DNA of 64,000 nt from a virus. The notes beneath the pieces are model-generated. The model worked only from the letters and a program-made list of their open reading frames with translations. It was not told the origin of the DNA and ran no database searches. The stretch covers positions 11,909-75,908 of the IMG/VR virus record IMGVR_UViG_3300021364_000012, one strand, 5' to 3'. Of the stretch, positions 1-10,014 are shown in pieces (position 1 is the first letter of the stretch; the number at the start of each line of letters is the position of its first letter). Position numbers and translations under genes: made by a program.

Positions 1-173
1 ACCCAAGAAAGAAGCCTGTTCTTTTCAGACTCTGAGATGACGGCTTCAAGAAATAAAACAACCGTGTCTTCAGAGGCTTTCTTTAGGTAGCTTGCAATCT
101 TCTGTCTCAACTCAGGACGCTCTTTTGCAATCCTAATCAATTTTTTTTCGGATTTGGTCAATCTCTCGTACAT
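1..173 (-). CDS. Partial CDS (runs off window), putative virion/internal protein with N-terminal LIRIAxxxPELR motif
   Basis: Hand translation from ATG at 173: MYERLTKSEKKLIRIAKERPELRQKIASYLKKASEDTVVLFLEAVISESEKNRLLSW...; purine-rich RBS and TAGTTTTTTTAT motif upstream; not in the ORF track. Confidence 0.7.
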   Translation of the reverse strand, partial: MYERLTKSEKKLIRIAKERPELRQKIASYLKKASEDTVVLFLEAVISESEKNRLLSW

Positions 174-225
174 GGTAGTATCTTCCCTTCTTAGAAAAAG
201 CTAACAACCTTAATAAATAAAAAAA

Positions 226-576
226 CTAACAATCTTTATAGGGGTGCTCACTAAAAGGCACAAAAATAGAGCGATACGGGAGAGAACAAGGTTCAAACTC
301 TCCAAACTTGACATATATGTCGCCTCTCTTCTCATAATAGTCTCCTAGTGGACTACGATACAGCTCATAGTCTAAAAGCAATTTTATATTTCTCACCATG
401 CTTCTTGAGTACATATCTTCGAGCACTTTACCCATGTGCTTCTCAAAGTCCAAGATCGTTTTGAAGTGACCACAGACTTCGGAATACTCTGAGTCTACAA
501 AGACGCTACCGTCCTTATAAATAGTGAATACATCTTTGGGATTGCGACACAAGTTGAAAGAAATAAGAATCTTCAT
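226..576 (-). CDS. Hypothetical protein
   Basis: 116-aa ORF with GGAG RBS; no recognisable motif. Confidence 0.6.
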   Translation of the reverse strand: MKILISFNLCRNPKDVFTIYKDGSVFVDSEYSEVCGHFKTILDFEKHMGKVLEDMYSRSMVRNIKLLLDYELYRSPLGDYYEKRGDIYVKFGEFEPCSLPYRSIFVPFSEHPYKDC

Positions 577-703
577 AGCAAGCTCTCCTACCGAAGTGAA
601 ACTTCAAAGAAAATGCCCAACATAAAAGAAGAAATAACAATGTTTTTTATTTTTTTATCTAAAGTCCAAAAGTAGAGTAAAACAATACTAAAGGTGAAAG
701 AAT

Positions 704-1114
704 ATGAGAGCATCAAGTAATAAAGTAGCTTCTAGTCAAGCGTCTTGGTCTATCCTAGCAGGTGGTGTTTCGGAGGCTAGAGTTGAAGCGTACAAGCTAA
801 GAGTTGCAATCAACCAAATGGAGAAAGCAATCAAGTCATCTCCAGAAATAAGAGATGAAGTCTATCGCTTATGTGGAGACAACTTCCTTTCCATTCCTCA
901 GATTTTATCTGAAATGGAGAGACAACTCGATAAGACCAACTACGCACTTATTACTATGGGAGAGGATTTCTACAGACAAAGACTCACCCACACAGACAGA
1001 GAAACAGTAGACATAGCGTCTAAAGCGACTCCTCTACCAAATGTCCCTATCACGAAAGACTCTGAGATGAAAGAACTGCTCTCTCAAGTTATCGAGAGAA
1101 TGAAGAATAGTTAA
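704..1114 (+). CDS. Hypothetical protein, probable virion-associated (N-terminal KVAS motif)
   Basis: 136-aa ORF; T-rich late-like motif upstream; NKVASS near the N-terminus. Confidence 0.6.
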   Translation: MRASSNKVASSQASWSILAGGVSEARVEAYKLRVAINQMEKAIKSSPEIRDEVYRLCGDNFLSIPQILSEMERQLDKTNYALITMGEDFYRQRLTHTDRETVDIASKATPLPNVPITKDSEMKELLSQVIERMKNS

Positions 1115-1806
1115 CTAAACATTCTTTTCATCATACGGAACCCACCTTTAGATAAGACTTCATTCGGGTCTTTGCCTCTGTATTTCCAAATAACAGAGCG
1201 TATCCCGTTCTCAGTAAACTTACGATGGAGCATCTGAGACTTATTTCTCCCTGTCTCATCATTATCGTAAGCAATATATATAGTAGAGCGTGGAGTATAA
1301 AATCTTAAAAGAGTGTCGAATGTGATCTGAGTCATACCTGCTCTCAGAGTACACATGACTGCATCTGATTGGGAAACAGCTTGTTCCACCGCAGTAAAGT
1401 CAAAAGAGCCTTCTACGAGCCAGACATCTCCAGTTCCTCGCCACAAGGTATCTATGACTTTCTTAGCTCCCAAGAAATAGGGGTTCCAAGAAGCCCTGTC
1501 TGTTTGATACTTAAGAACAAACTTAGACCCATCAGGAGAGATTTTACGAGCTTCAAAACCCAAGACACTCCCGTCGTAAGAACATATTGGGATGATTAAA
1601 AAGCCTTTCAGTTTCTGCCCTCTGTCTCCAAAAGAAGAAGCAAAGCGAGCACAAGGGCAAACTACAGAAGGAGGCTCCCAAACAAAGAAATCAAGACTAT
1701 TTAAGTCTGTAACCAATCTTCGTTTTAAGTAGTCCCTATAGTAAGAAGAGACTTCAGAAAAACCCAACCGAAGATAGTCTTTGATTTTCATACTGCTGGT
1801 GCCCAA
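1111..1806 (-). CDS. DnaG-type primase, Toprim domain
   Basis: VWLVEGSFD, IYIAYDNDETG and GKDPNE Toprim motifs; GFEAR..KY upstream as in the DnaG core. Confidence 0.8.
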   Translation of the reverse strand: MGTSSMKIKDYLRLGFSEVSSYYRDYLKRRLVTDLNSLDFFVWEPPSVVCPCARFASSFGDRGQKLKGFLIIPICSYDGSVLGFEARKISPDGSKFVLKYQTDRASWNPYFLGAKKVIDTLWRGTGDVWLVEGSFDFTAVEQAVSQSDAVMCTLRAGMTQITFDTLLRFYTPRSTIYIAYDNDETGRNKSQMLHRKFTENGIRSVIWKYRGKDPNEVLSKGGFRMMKRMFS

Positions 1807-2567
1807 GGAGGAGCCTCCTCTTCTCCACTTCTAACTTTAGCTCCTTTGTTGTACCCTTCCATATATAACGCAGAGTCACTCTGAGCCTCTTTCTCTTTGA
1901 TAGAGTCAACATAGCCCTGTATTTTCTCTAAAGGAACAGCAAGACTCGGAGCACCTGTTTTAATCATAGCCATAAATAACTCTCTTTCTTCACAGAAGTT
2001 CTTAGCAATAGAATAATAAGTGACCCAATAATCCACTCTATGTTTATAGAAACTAGAGCATTTCCCATAAAACCCACTGTTATGGTGGCAGATGTGTAAG
2101 TCTTTCTTGTCCATCATAGTCAGTAAACGATTAAGAGTGTCTATAGAGTAAGAGAGCTTTTCTAACTTACGGCACTCTTTTTGTATCTCAAGAGTGTTCT
2201 CACTCTCTTCCCACCCAACATAACCCCTCTTCCTGTGGAAGAGAGGATAGGAGTGTCGAGCGTGAATCTGAAAAGTACCACAAGCCTTTCCCTTGTCTCC
2301 ACGGCTTATATTGAGTCTTAATCTTGACTCGACCCAAGAAAGAGCAAGAACCCTCACGTCCGTATCTGCTCCTTCCCAAATATAACGCACAAACTTCTCA
2401 ACGTCTTTCCTTTTTGTCGGACGATGCTTATGAAACTCCAAAACTCTAGTCTTCTTGTAGTCTTTGCCTTTCGTGATGTGGTACTTAGAAGACTCATGTA
2501 CTGCATCTACGAAACACTGAAAAAAAGAAGAAAAAACAACAAGTAAACTCAACATAACAAAACTCAA
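1788..2567 (-). CDS. Lysozyme-like/lytic transglycosylase-fold protein with hydrophobic N-terminus
   Basis: ALSWVES (catalytic Glu-Ser), GDKGKACGTFQI and HHNSG motifs typical of SLT-like domains. Confidence 0.6.
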   Translation of the reverse strand: MSFVMLSLLVVFSSFFQCFVDAVHESSKYHITKGKDYKKTRVLEFHKHRPTKRKDVEKFVRYIWEGADTDVRVLALSWVESRLRLNISRGDKGKACGTFQIHARHSYPLFHRKRGYVGWEESENTLEIQKECRKLEKLSYSIDTLNRLLTMMDKKDLHICHHNSGFYGKCSSFYKHRVDYWVTYYSIAKNFCEERELFMAMIKTGAPSLAVPLEKIQGYVDSIKEKEAQSDSALYMEGYNKGAKVRSGEEEAPPWAPAV

Positions 2568-3577
2568 AGAAGCGGTAGTAAAGAAAGGTCTTCGGCTCTA
2601 TACATAATCAACATATGTGTTAAAAGAAAAATCCTACCTTGCATCTTCGTGGCTAAAGGTATTTCTTTGCTGTCCCAAAGACTACGGGCTTTAATCTGCT
2701 CTAATTGATTTCGGACGTATAAAACGACATCCTTAACTGCTTCTGAGTCTGAATGTTCGTCCCCTAAAATATCTGCACAAAGGCGTTGGATATTTTTAGC
2801 TTGGAAACACTTCTCCAAACCTCGACCAAGAAGAAGCATATTCTGAGGAGTGTTCGCATACGCACCGTCATCGTTTGTCTTTAGGTAAGATATTTTCTCA
2901 CAGTGATCGTGGAACAGAGAAACCAAAGAAGAGTTTAACACCACATTAACTCTCGAACCGTGAGCATCTACTAAGAAAGTGTCTGTCTCTGTCCCATCTA
3001 AAAAGTCATATGAGGAGAAATAATCAAGATCGACTTCATCTAAAGGCACACTCTTAGATATTTCTAGCATGTCCGAAAAAACACCCACATCCAAAGGTAT
3101 CTTGTAACGTGTCAAACTATTTCTTGTGTAGCGTAGAGGGTCTTTTACTCGAACTGAGGGAAAAGAGTTTTCTGAGAAATACCTACAAAACCTTGTTCTC
3201 AGGGTTTTGTTGGGGACACAATCAAAGAACTGGCATACTTCAAGAGAGGAAAGTAAAAGCTCAGAGGAGCCTTCCCACTCTAAAAAAGCGTTGGCGAACT
3301 TAAGTATTGCGTCAGGTTCTTCTACAGGTTCACTTGTAGCCGCCCCCTCAAGCTCAACCTCTCCCTCACCTTCGTCAGTTTTTTCACTGACGCAAAGTTG
3401 TAAAACTATCTCTTTTAACTGATCTTTTGAGAAGCCATATTTCTCACCTAAAGAATACAATTCAAGAGTATGCTTGACTTTCTCCAAGCCATGTATAGAA
3501 ATGACGTTGTGGAACAATCCGATTCCACTTTTTTCCAACTCATTTAGTTGGATGATTATGTTTTTTGTTTCTCCCAA
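2564..3577 (-). CDS. Hypothetical protein (probable TTG start at 3577; ORF extends to 3661)
   Basis: Long ORF; AAGGAG RBS precedes TTG at 3577. Confidence 0.65.
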   Translation of the reverse strand: MGETKNIIIQLNELEKSGIGLFHNVISIHGLEKVKHTLELYSLGEKYGFSKDQLKEIVLQLCVSEKTDEGEGEVELEGAATSEPVEEPDAILKFANAFLEWEGSSELLLSSLEVCQFFDCVPNKTLRTRFCRYFSENSFPSVRVKDPLRYTRNSLTRYKIPLDVGVFSDMLEISKSVPLDEVDLDYFSSYDFLDGTETDTFLVDAHGSRVNVVLNSSLVSLFHDHCEKISYLKTNDDGAYANTPQNMLLLGRGLEKCFQAKNIQRLCADILGDEHSDSEAVKDVVLYVRNQLEQIKARSLWDSKEIPLATKMQGRIFLLTHMLIMYRAEDLSLLPLL

Positions 3578-3746
3578 AGCAAAAACTCCTTTGTTTTTAG
3601 TATTTCTCTCCAAGAAAGGGGATACCACTGTGCCGAGAACCTTATATAATACAAAGATCAAATCTCAAAGAAAACCTTGGCAAAAAGGAGTAATCCCTAT
3701 TCAAAGCTTAAGTTTGAAGTATGGAAGAAATCAGAAGCAGAGAAAG

Positions 3747-4265
3747 TTGGGGATTGACTTAAATGAGAAATACGAAGAGGTCAAAAAGCTTTTCTACAAA
3801 CATTGTGGGAAAATGTGTTTAGACGCAAAGTGCGACCCTCAAGACGTTCTTCAAGAAGTGTGCAAAGGTATTCTTATCCGAAACAAAGGAACATGCCCCT
3901 TCGATGAAAAGAAGTCTGCTTTCTCAACTTATGTCGTTATGGTGAGCAGATGTGTCACAACAAACTATATAAATAAAAGAAACAGACACTCGCAGAAAGA
4001 AACCACAGGAGTGGAAGACACAATCGAAAAAACAGATTACGCAATCGCACACAGTTGCACTGTAGAAGACTATGACACTATTTTAACAATCAAAGAAGTA
4101 AGAGACCACCTCGCAGGAAATATGAGGGACATTTTCGATGACTTATTACTAGGACACAACGTGTCACACATCTCTAAGAGTCGTGGGATAGACAGTCGAA
4201 AAATTAAAAACTACATAGAAAAAATAAAGAAGGTCTTAATACCACTCGGAGTAGCACCATGCTGA
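3747..4265 (+). CDS. Phage RNA polymerase sigma-70/ECF-like factor (start uncertain; ORF open from 3474)
   Basis: DPQDVLQEV...FDEKKSAFSTYV region-2-like segment and C-terminal HTH-like region 4 (GHNVSHISKSRGID). Confidence 0.65.
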   Translation: MGIDLNEKYEEVKKLFYKHCGKMCLDAKCDPQDVLQEVCKGILIRNKGTCPFDEKKSAFSTYVVMVSRCVTTNYINKRNRHSQKETTGVEDTIEKTDYAIAHSCTVEDYDTILTIKEVRDHLAGNMRDIFDDLLLGHNVSHISKSRGIDSRKIKNYIEKIKKVLIPLGVAPC

Positions 4266-4861
4266 CTTTTATATATTCCACCGTCAACGCAGGCAAAACT
4301 GCTAATCTTCTCATGAGAGCATATTCTTGCTGTGAGAGAAATATCTCCCACTCAATATATGTTCCAGACGTAGCTTCAGCGAGAGACGGTAAAAATCAAA
4401 TCGCATCAAGAATTGGATTCACTAAACAAGCCATCTCGGTGTCAGAAGAAGACAACCTCCTAGAAATAACCGTCAAGAAACTTATTAATGGTGGGAAAGA
4501 CGATGTGATCTTTGTAGATGAAGCACAGTTCTTAACCAAAGAACAGGTTATTCAGCTATCAAACATAGTCTCAGAGCTAGAAATAAAAGTCTATGCGTAT
4601 GGTTTACGCACAGACTTTAGAGGCGAGCCTTTTGAAGGTTCAGTATATCTAATGTCTTGGGCAGACGAGATACAGGAAATATCCACATTCGGAAGTAATG
4701 GAAGCAAAGCCATCTTTAATCAGAAGATAGACAAAAACGGAAACGGAGTCTCTGAAGGAGACTCCGTTGACGCAGGGTTCCACTATATCCCTGTAACTCG
4801 ATCTGAGTTCGTACTACTAAATCGAGCTACGGATGTTAAAGGTGAACTGGATATAGAGTAG
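4259..4861 (+). CDS. tdk: Thymidine kinase
   Basis: YSTVNAGKT P-loop, IFVDEAQFL, YGLRTDFRGEPFEGS. Confidence 0.93.
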   Translation: MLTFIYSTVNAGKTANLLMRAYSCCERNISHSIYVPDVASARDGKNQIASRIGFTKQAISVSEEDNLLEITVKKLINGGKDDVIFVDEAQFLTKEQVIQLSNIVSELEIKVYAYGLRTDFRGEPFEGSVYLMSWADEIQEISTFGSNGSKAIFNQKIDKNGNGVSEGDSVDAGFHYIPVTRSEFVLLNRATDVKGELDIE

Positions 4862-7800
4862 TGGGAACACAGGCTTGTAATAAACCTCTACAAGAAGACC
4901 TGTTGGGTCTTCGGGGTCTCTTACAACTGAAAGACCTGTGTAAGAATCAATGATCTGCTCTTTCACAAGGTCTTTAAAGAGCATATTGACTCTACCCTCA
5001 ATCTGACCAATCACAGAAGATAGGTATTTCTGACCAATATAACCTTCAAGAAGGTTTCTTGCTCTGAGATGTACCTCATCTGCAATCTGCACTACGGTAG
5101 GAACCTTGGTCAAGGTAGAGCTAACATCCGTAGTCAAACCATGTCTGATCTTCAGATTATTTCCTGCGGGGACAAGAACACTCACACCTGAGTTCGCCAC
5201 TTGATTAGCATCTACAGCATCAAGAGTTCTCAAGAGAGAATCGAAGCCAACAACAAGACGGTTTGTCCAAGGAGTCGCCGCATCAATTGTCGAAGAAGTT
5301 GTCGCACAAGCCACTGCAACTGCGAGGTATCTTCCGTCTACAATCAAATTCTGAGAAACACCCTGTGTGTTGGTGAAAGTCAAGCTCAAGATGTCAGGGT
5401 AAACAAGACGAACTCTTGAGTTATTTGTCACACTAGCAAGATGACTTGCTCTCTCAGGTAAAGTGCCTGCACTCATACCCAAAATAGCAGTACGCTCTGA
5501 TCTAAATCTGAGACTAGACTGAACATCGCAGTGCTTAGAAATCTCAGAAAGAATAACCTCGTCAGCAGGTACAAGCGGAACGATAATGTTCGGCTGAATC
5601 GCATTCTGAACAATATCACCTTCAACATCTGCAAGAGCGTTAGCTACTTGAAGTGAAGTTAGGCTTGTCGCACCCTCCTCAAGAGGAACCTGATGCAAGG
5701 CAACAGCGTTAGCTCCATTTAAGAATGCAAGGTAAGCACCCAAAGAAAGAGGATTCTCTGCACCTACTTCACCGAACGCAGAAACAACATCTGAAAGACG
5801 AGTGAACACACTTGTACCAAACACAGATTTCTTACGAACAAGGTTCATATAATAAAGAGTGCCGATAGAAGGTTCACTACCACTCTTATTAAACGTCTCA
5901 ACAATCGCAGTGTCACCACTTGCAGTCCCTAGCGTATTGCTTACGAAAAGCTGAACACCTGGAACCACATTAACAGGGATGTTTGCGTTTGCAGTTAATG
6001 TCTTGGAGACCTTGAAAGTAAGAGTCGCATTAGCCCCTGTAGGATAAGGTTGCTCTCCGTCTCTAGGCAGAAGCGTGAAGGTGAAGCCTGTCACACTGTC
6101 CACATAAGTTTGACCAATAACACCGTCTGCACCCACTCCTGCATTAAGAGTAGAAGTATTGGCAGAGCCTGTTCCGTTAGAAACAGAAGATACTACAAAG
6201 AACCCTTGATAAGGAGCTTCACCTACAGCACCATCTGCGGTAGTGATCTTCAGTCCATTCCCAACGGTAGTGATCGCATTTCCACCTGTAAAGTTAATTA
6301 CAGATTGAACTCCGCCTCTCAACTGCTCGAAAGAAACAAACTCTGAGCCTGCTTCATTTCTTGTAACGTAAGAAATACCATGTGCTCTGTATTTATCCGC
6401 TTCCACACCGTCAAGCATAGCCCAAGCAAAATCAGTCGCAACACTATAGTTGTTGTTGAGAGCTGAAGAAACTGCACTTGCAGAAACAAGACGAGGCGTG
6501 AAAATCTGACCCTCTGAAAGACCGAAGACAGAGTTCGCACTACCATCGAGAACTTCAATGAAAGAGTCTACAGTCTCAAGAGTATCTACAATACGAAGAC
6601 GTACACCCTCTCTCTTCAGAGAAACATTAGCCAAGCCCCCTAGAGCGGTGTGGATGTCACCATTGATGCTTGTGACTTCCCCATTCGCAGAACCTAAGAA
6701 AGTTATTTCTTGTGCTACACCTGAAATGTTTAATCTTAAAACATTGTTAGCTGGGAAATCTCCGCTACCGTCATAGAATTTAACCGCAGGGTCTGTGTCC
6801 ACTTGAAGACCTTGCCAAGAAGAGCGAAGTACAAGAGATGCAGGCTCAACTACAGATTGTCTCGCTGACTTAGTGAACCCAAGCTGTAGTCCGAGCTTCG
6901 GAAGAATATCTCCACCAACAACCTCAATACCAAGATCAACAGGTGGGAAATAGTTGTCTCCAATAAGAGTTCTGCTTCTCAGTAAGATACGAGCCTTAGC
7001 AGTGTTAGTACCATCGCTATCAAGAGAAATAGTAATGTCTTCTGCAATAGGGAGAATACCCCACTTAGTCTGAGTCCCATTTGACGCCACATCGGTGTCA
7101 ATACCTGCAATAGAAGCAAAATCGGTTATGGCAACACCTTGTGCAACAAACTCAAGATACCCAAAAGTATCTGCATCAGCTACGGTATTCATTCTGAATA
7201 CAAGACGACCATCCTCTACTACGCAGTCTACGTCCAACCCTGCGGTAGCATTCGCATCAAGTTGATCGAGTTCTGTAGAAATAGCCGTTGCCAACTCATC
7301 TGGAGTATAATCATCAGCAGGTACGGTAATCGTAAATTCAGTCGCCGCTACAGTATCACCTACATAATTCAACTTAATCTTATCGTATGAACCTGCAACA
7401 ACAGTCAAGTTGCCGATTGGAGACATACAATGATACTTTGCACCTGTTAAACTCGAAGAAGCATTTAAAGCTGCTACGATGTGAGATGCTTTTGCATTTG
7501 CTTGCCCTAGAATAGACGAAGAAATAGCGACCCCATCTATTTCTAACTCAACAGCTCCAGTTAAAGTGCCAAGATGAGAATTATCTGAAGCGGCGGTGTA
7601 AGGGAGAGGCTCACTCACTAAGGTAGTAAAGAAACCCTTTTGAGCAAGACCTGTTGGGTTGCTCAAGTCTACAGTCTTTGACTTATCTGCACTCGTACCA
7701 AGATCAACTCTAATTGTATCTGAGTGTGAGTCTACAATACGATAAGGAGCAGAACCATGAGAAGTGAATACCGCAGGGGTTGCTTCAAAGCTCTCAATCT

Positions 7801-9580
7801 GAACAGTCACAGTCTCTTCTACAGGAGAGCCACCTTCGACTCTTGCGTCAGAAATAGCCTCTGAGCCTGAAGGGAAAGAAAGGAACGTAGTCGTTAAATC
7901 TGAGCCTTTCCCTGTAAATCTAGGTGCAAAAAGACTCTTACCGCTATTAGAAATAGTGTAAGTGCCTTCTGTGCTACCACCAACAGAAACTACAGAGAGA
8001 GTATAACCTTCACCCGCAAGAGAAATCTCATCTTGGATGTTGTTGTAGTAGAAAGTAGCAAAGACTTTCTGACCAACAGGTACAGGAGTCTCCAAAACAA
8101 TAGTGGAGTCCGAAGGATTAACTCTTACTACTCTAACAGGCTCTTTGTCGAGAGCGTCTGAAAGACTCACACCGACTCTAGCAGTAATAAGGTTAGGGTT
8201 GGAAGTTGCAAGACCTCTACCCGAACCATCAGTAGCTTGATGTGGGAGCTTGAAAGAAATAGCAGAAGTAGAAGTATCTACTACAGAAGAACACTCCATT
8301 AAGAATGCTCTTTCGTCTCTCAATACAGGGTTAATCTGATTAGAGCCAAAAGAGACATCACCAATCTGACCTGCACCTGCTGATGCAAGTGCAGAAGTCC
8401 CCCAATAGATTTTATCATCTCTGAGAACCCAATCAACACCTTCTAAGAAGTTAGAAGAAGAGCCACCACCTCCTGGAACCAAGGAAACGAGACCAAGAGA
8501 AACCACGTCTCTACTAGGAACGTAGTCAAAAGAATCTCTGAAAGTATTGTGGTGGTAGCTTATTTCTACGCTAGAACCTACAAGCGGTGCAGAAGGAAGA
8601 ACTATAGCACCTGTTGCCCCATCGACAGATGAAGGCACAACTGCCACTCCGTCAACTAATACGGTAACGTCCGAAACGTCTGTGGTTACAATACCACCAT
8701 TCGTACCATCAACAAGTGGTGTGTTGTGGGTATAGAAAGTACTATTTCTTGAAGAACCTGTCTGACCTTCAACCACGCCAAGAGACGAGTTTGCAGAGCC
8801 AGAACCGATCAAGATAGAACCTTTTGCAGAGAACTTAAGATTCTTAGAGCCTTCTTGGTCTGTATAAGAAGTAACTGTAAGAGAACCTAAGCTCTGTGCG
8901 TCAAATCGAGATACGATAACATCAACATGGTCATCTCTTGTAGTACCTTCACCCTTTAGAGGAAGAGTCACTACATAAGAAGCACCATCTACAGACACCA
9001 TGAAAGTACGGCTCTCAGGCCCAATCGCCATATCACCCTGCCCCCCAAACAAATCAGAGTTTGTTGGGGTTACTTGAGATGAAAGGTCTTCGAGACTTAC
9101 AGAAGTATCTTCACGATTGAAGAAATAACTGATTCTAACATCGTCACCAAGGCTAGGAGCTTCAGAAAGAGTGACTACACCTAGCCCACCATCTACAGAA
9201 AGAACTACAACAAGGTTTCCATTGATTGTAGCTGTAACCGAGCTAGGAGAAAGTGTAGTAGTCCCTGTGCCATCTCCCGTAACTAATGGGAAATGACGTG
9301 CTCGTACTTGCTGAGAAGTCCCGTCAAAATCCCCTAAGATCAGGGAGCCGTCAGGGTTAGTGCCAAATACCGCACGACCTGTAGCATCCTCCTCTACCAT
9401 AGTCTGATCTACAGTAGAAGAAGAGCCTCTAACCAAGCTGACTCCCTCAACAGAAAAAGTCTCTTTGCCTGATCCAATCAAAAGAGGGACTCGACCTACG
9501 ACGCCTGCTGTGACGGTAGGACTCTCAAAAACAGATTCAGTGTAAACTCCGGGAGGAGCGTATCCACCTCTAATAGCCAT
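4817..9580 (-). CDS. Contractile tail sheath protein, very large (1587 aa)
   Basis: N-terminal YAPPGVYTE; C-terminal sheath core (IADEVHL..LEGYIGQK...DPEDPT.LLVEVYYKPVFPLLYI). Confidence 0.85.
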   Translation of the reverse strand: MAIRGGYAPPGVYTESVFESPTVTAGVVGRVPLLIGSGKETFSVEGVSLVRGSSSTVDQTMVEEDATGRAVFGTNPDGSLILGDFDGTSQQVRARHFPLVTGDGTGTTTLSPSSVTATINGNLVVVLSVDGGLGVVTLSEAPSLGDDVRISYFFNREDTSVSLEDLSSQVTPTNSDLFGGQGDMAIGPESRTFMVSVDGASYVVTLPLKGEGTTRDDHVDVIVSRFDAQSLGSLTVTSYTDQEGSKNLKFSAKGSILIGSGSANSSLGVVEGQTGSSRNSTFYTHNTPLVDGTNGGIVTTDVSDVTVLVDGVAVVPSSVDGATGAIVLPSAPLVGSSVEISYHHNTFRDSFDYVPSRDVVSLGLVSLVPGGGGSSSNFLEGVDWVLRDDKIYWGTSALASAGAGQIGDVSFGSNQINPVLRDERAFLMECSSVVDTSTSAISFKLPHQATDGSGRGLATSNPNLITARVGVSLSDALDKEPVRVVRVNPSDSTIVLETPVPVGQKVFATFYYNNIQDEISLAGEGYTLSVVSVGGSTEGTYTISNSGKSLFAPRFTGKGSDLTTTFLSFPSGSEAISDARVEGGSPVEETVTVQIESFEATPAVFTSHGSAPYRIVDSHSDTIRVDLGTSADKSKTVDLSNPTGLAQKGFFTTLVSEPLPYTAASDNSHLGTLTGAVELEIDGVAISSSILGQANAKASHIVAALNASSSLTGAKYHCMSPIGNLTVVAGSYDKIKLNYVGDTVAATEFTITVPADDYTPDELATAISTELDQLDANATAGLDVDCVVEDGRLVFRMNTVADADTFGYLEFVAQGVAITDFASIAGIDTDVASNGTQTKWGILPIAEDITISLDSDGTNTAKARILLRSRTLIGDNYFPPVDLGIEVVGGDILPKLGLQLGFTKSARQSVVEPASLVLRSSWQGLQVDTDPAVKFYDGSGDFPANNVLRLNISGVAQEITFLGSANGEVTSINGDIHTALGGLANVSLKREGVRLRIVDTLETVDSFIEVLDGSANSVFGLSEGQIFTPRLVSASAVSSALNNNYSVATDFAWAMLDGVEADKYRAHGISYVTRNEAGSEFVSFEQLRGGVQSVINFTGGNAITTVGNGLKITTADGAVGEAPYQGFFVVSSVSNGTGSANTSTLNAGVGADGVIGQTYVDSVTGFTFTLLPRDGEQPYPTGANATLTFKVSKTLTANANIPVNVVPGVQLFVSNTLGTASGDTAIVETFNKSGSEPSIGTLYYMNLVRKKSVFGTSVFTRLSDVVSAFGEVGAENPLSLGAYLAFLNGANAVALHQVPLEEGATSLTSLQVANALADVEGDIVQNAIQPNIIVPLVPADEVILSEISKHCDVQSSLRFRSERTAILGMSAGTLPERASHLASVTNNSRVRLVYPDILSLTFTNTQGVSQNLIVDGRYLAVAVACATTSSTIDAATPWTNRLVVGFDSLLRTLDAVDANQVANSGVSVLVPAGNNLKIRHGLTTDVSSTLTKVPTVVQIADEVHLRARNLLEGYIGQKYLSSVIGQIEGRVNMLFKDLVKEQIIDSYTGLSVVRDPEDPTGLLVEVYYKPVFPLLYIQFTFNIRSSI

Positions 9581-9582
9581 AG

Positions 9583-10014
9583 TTATTTCTCCTTGGTTTC
9601 TATGTTATTCTGAGCCTTAATATTGTCCATAGCAGAAATCCTGCTAGTACGCATTTTAGAACTTACTTCAGGAATGGAGTCATACGAACCATCTTCCATT
9701 CTTACGATCTCTTTACCTGTGACATTATTTCTATTGATAATGTCCCATTTATCTCTTCTTCTTTGATAGATCGTTTCCCATTTTTGACGTGCGTCTTCTC
9801 CGATAACTCGATCAAAATCTAAATCGAAGGACTCTATCCCTGTTTCTTGTGTCTTCATCGTTTTATTAACAGTAGATACGAAACCTACAGACAACGAAGA
9901 ACCTTCTGCCACAGCTTTTTCCCCACAGTCGCAAGTAACGCTGTGTGTTTCTTTTGAAGTTCGTCTTCTAAGACTTAAACCACAAACTTGGCATTGGAAT
10001 TTCTTCAAGGGCAT
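9583..10014 (-). CDS. FmdB-like zinc-ribbon protein
   Basis: MPLKKFQCQVCG...CDCG; GGAG RBS before ATG 10014. Confidence 0.65.
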   Translation of the reverse strand: MPLKKFQCQVCGLSLRRRTSKETHSVTCDCGEKAVAEGSSLSVGFVSTVNKTMKTQETGIESFDLDFDRVIGEDARQKWETIYQRRRDKWDIINRNNVTGKEIVRMEDGSYDSIPEVSSKMRTSRISAMDNIKAQNNIETKEK

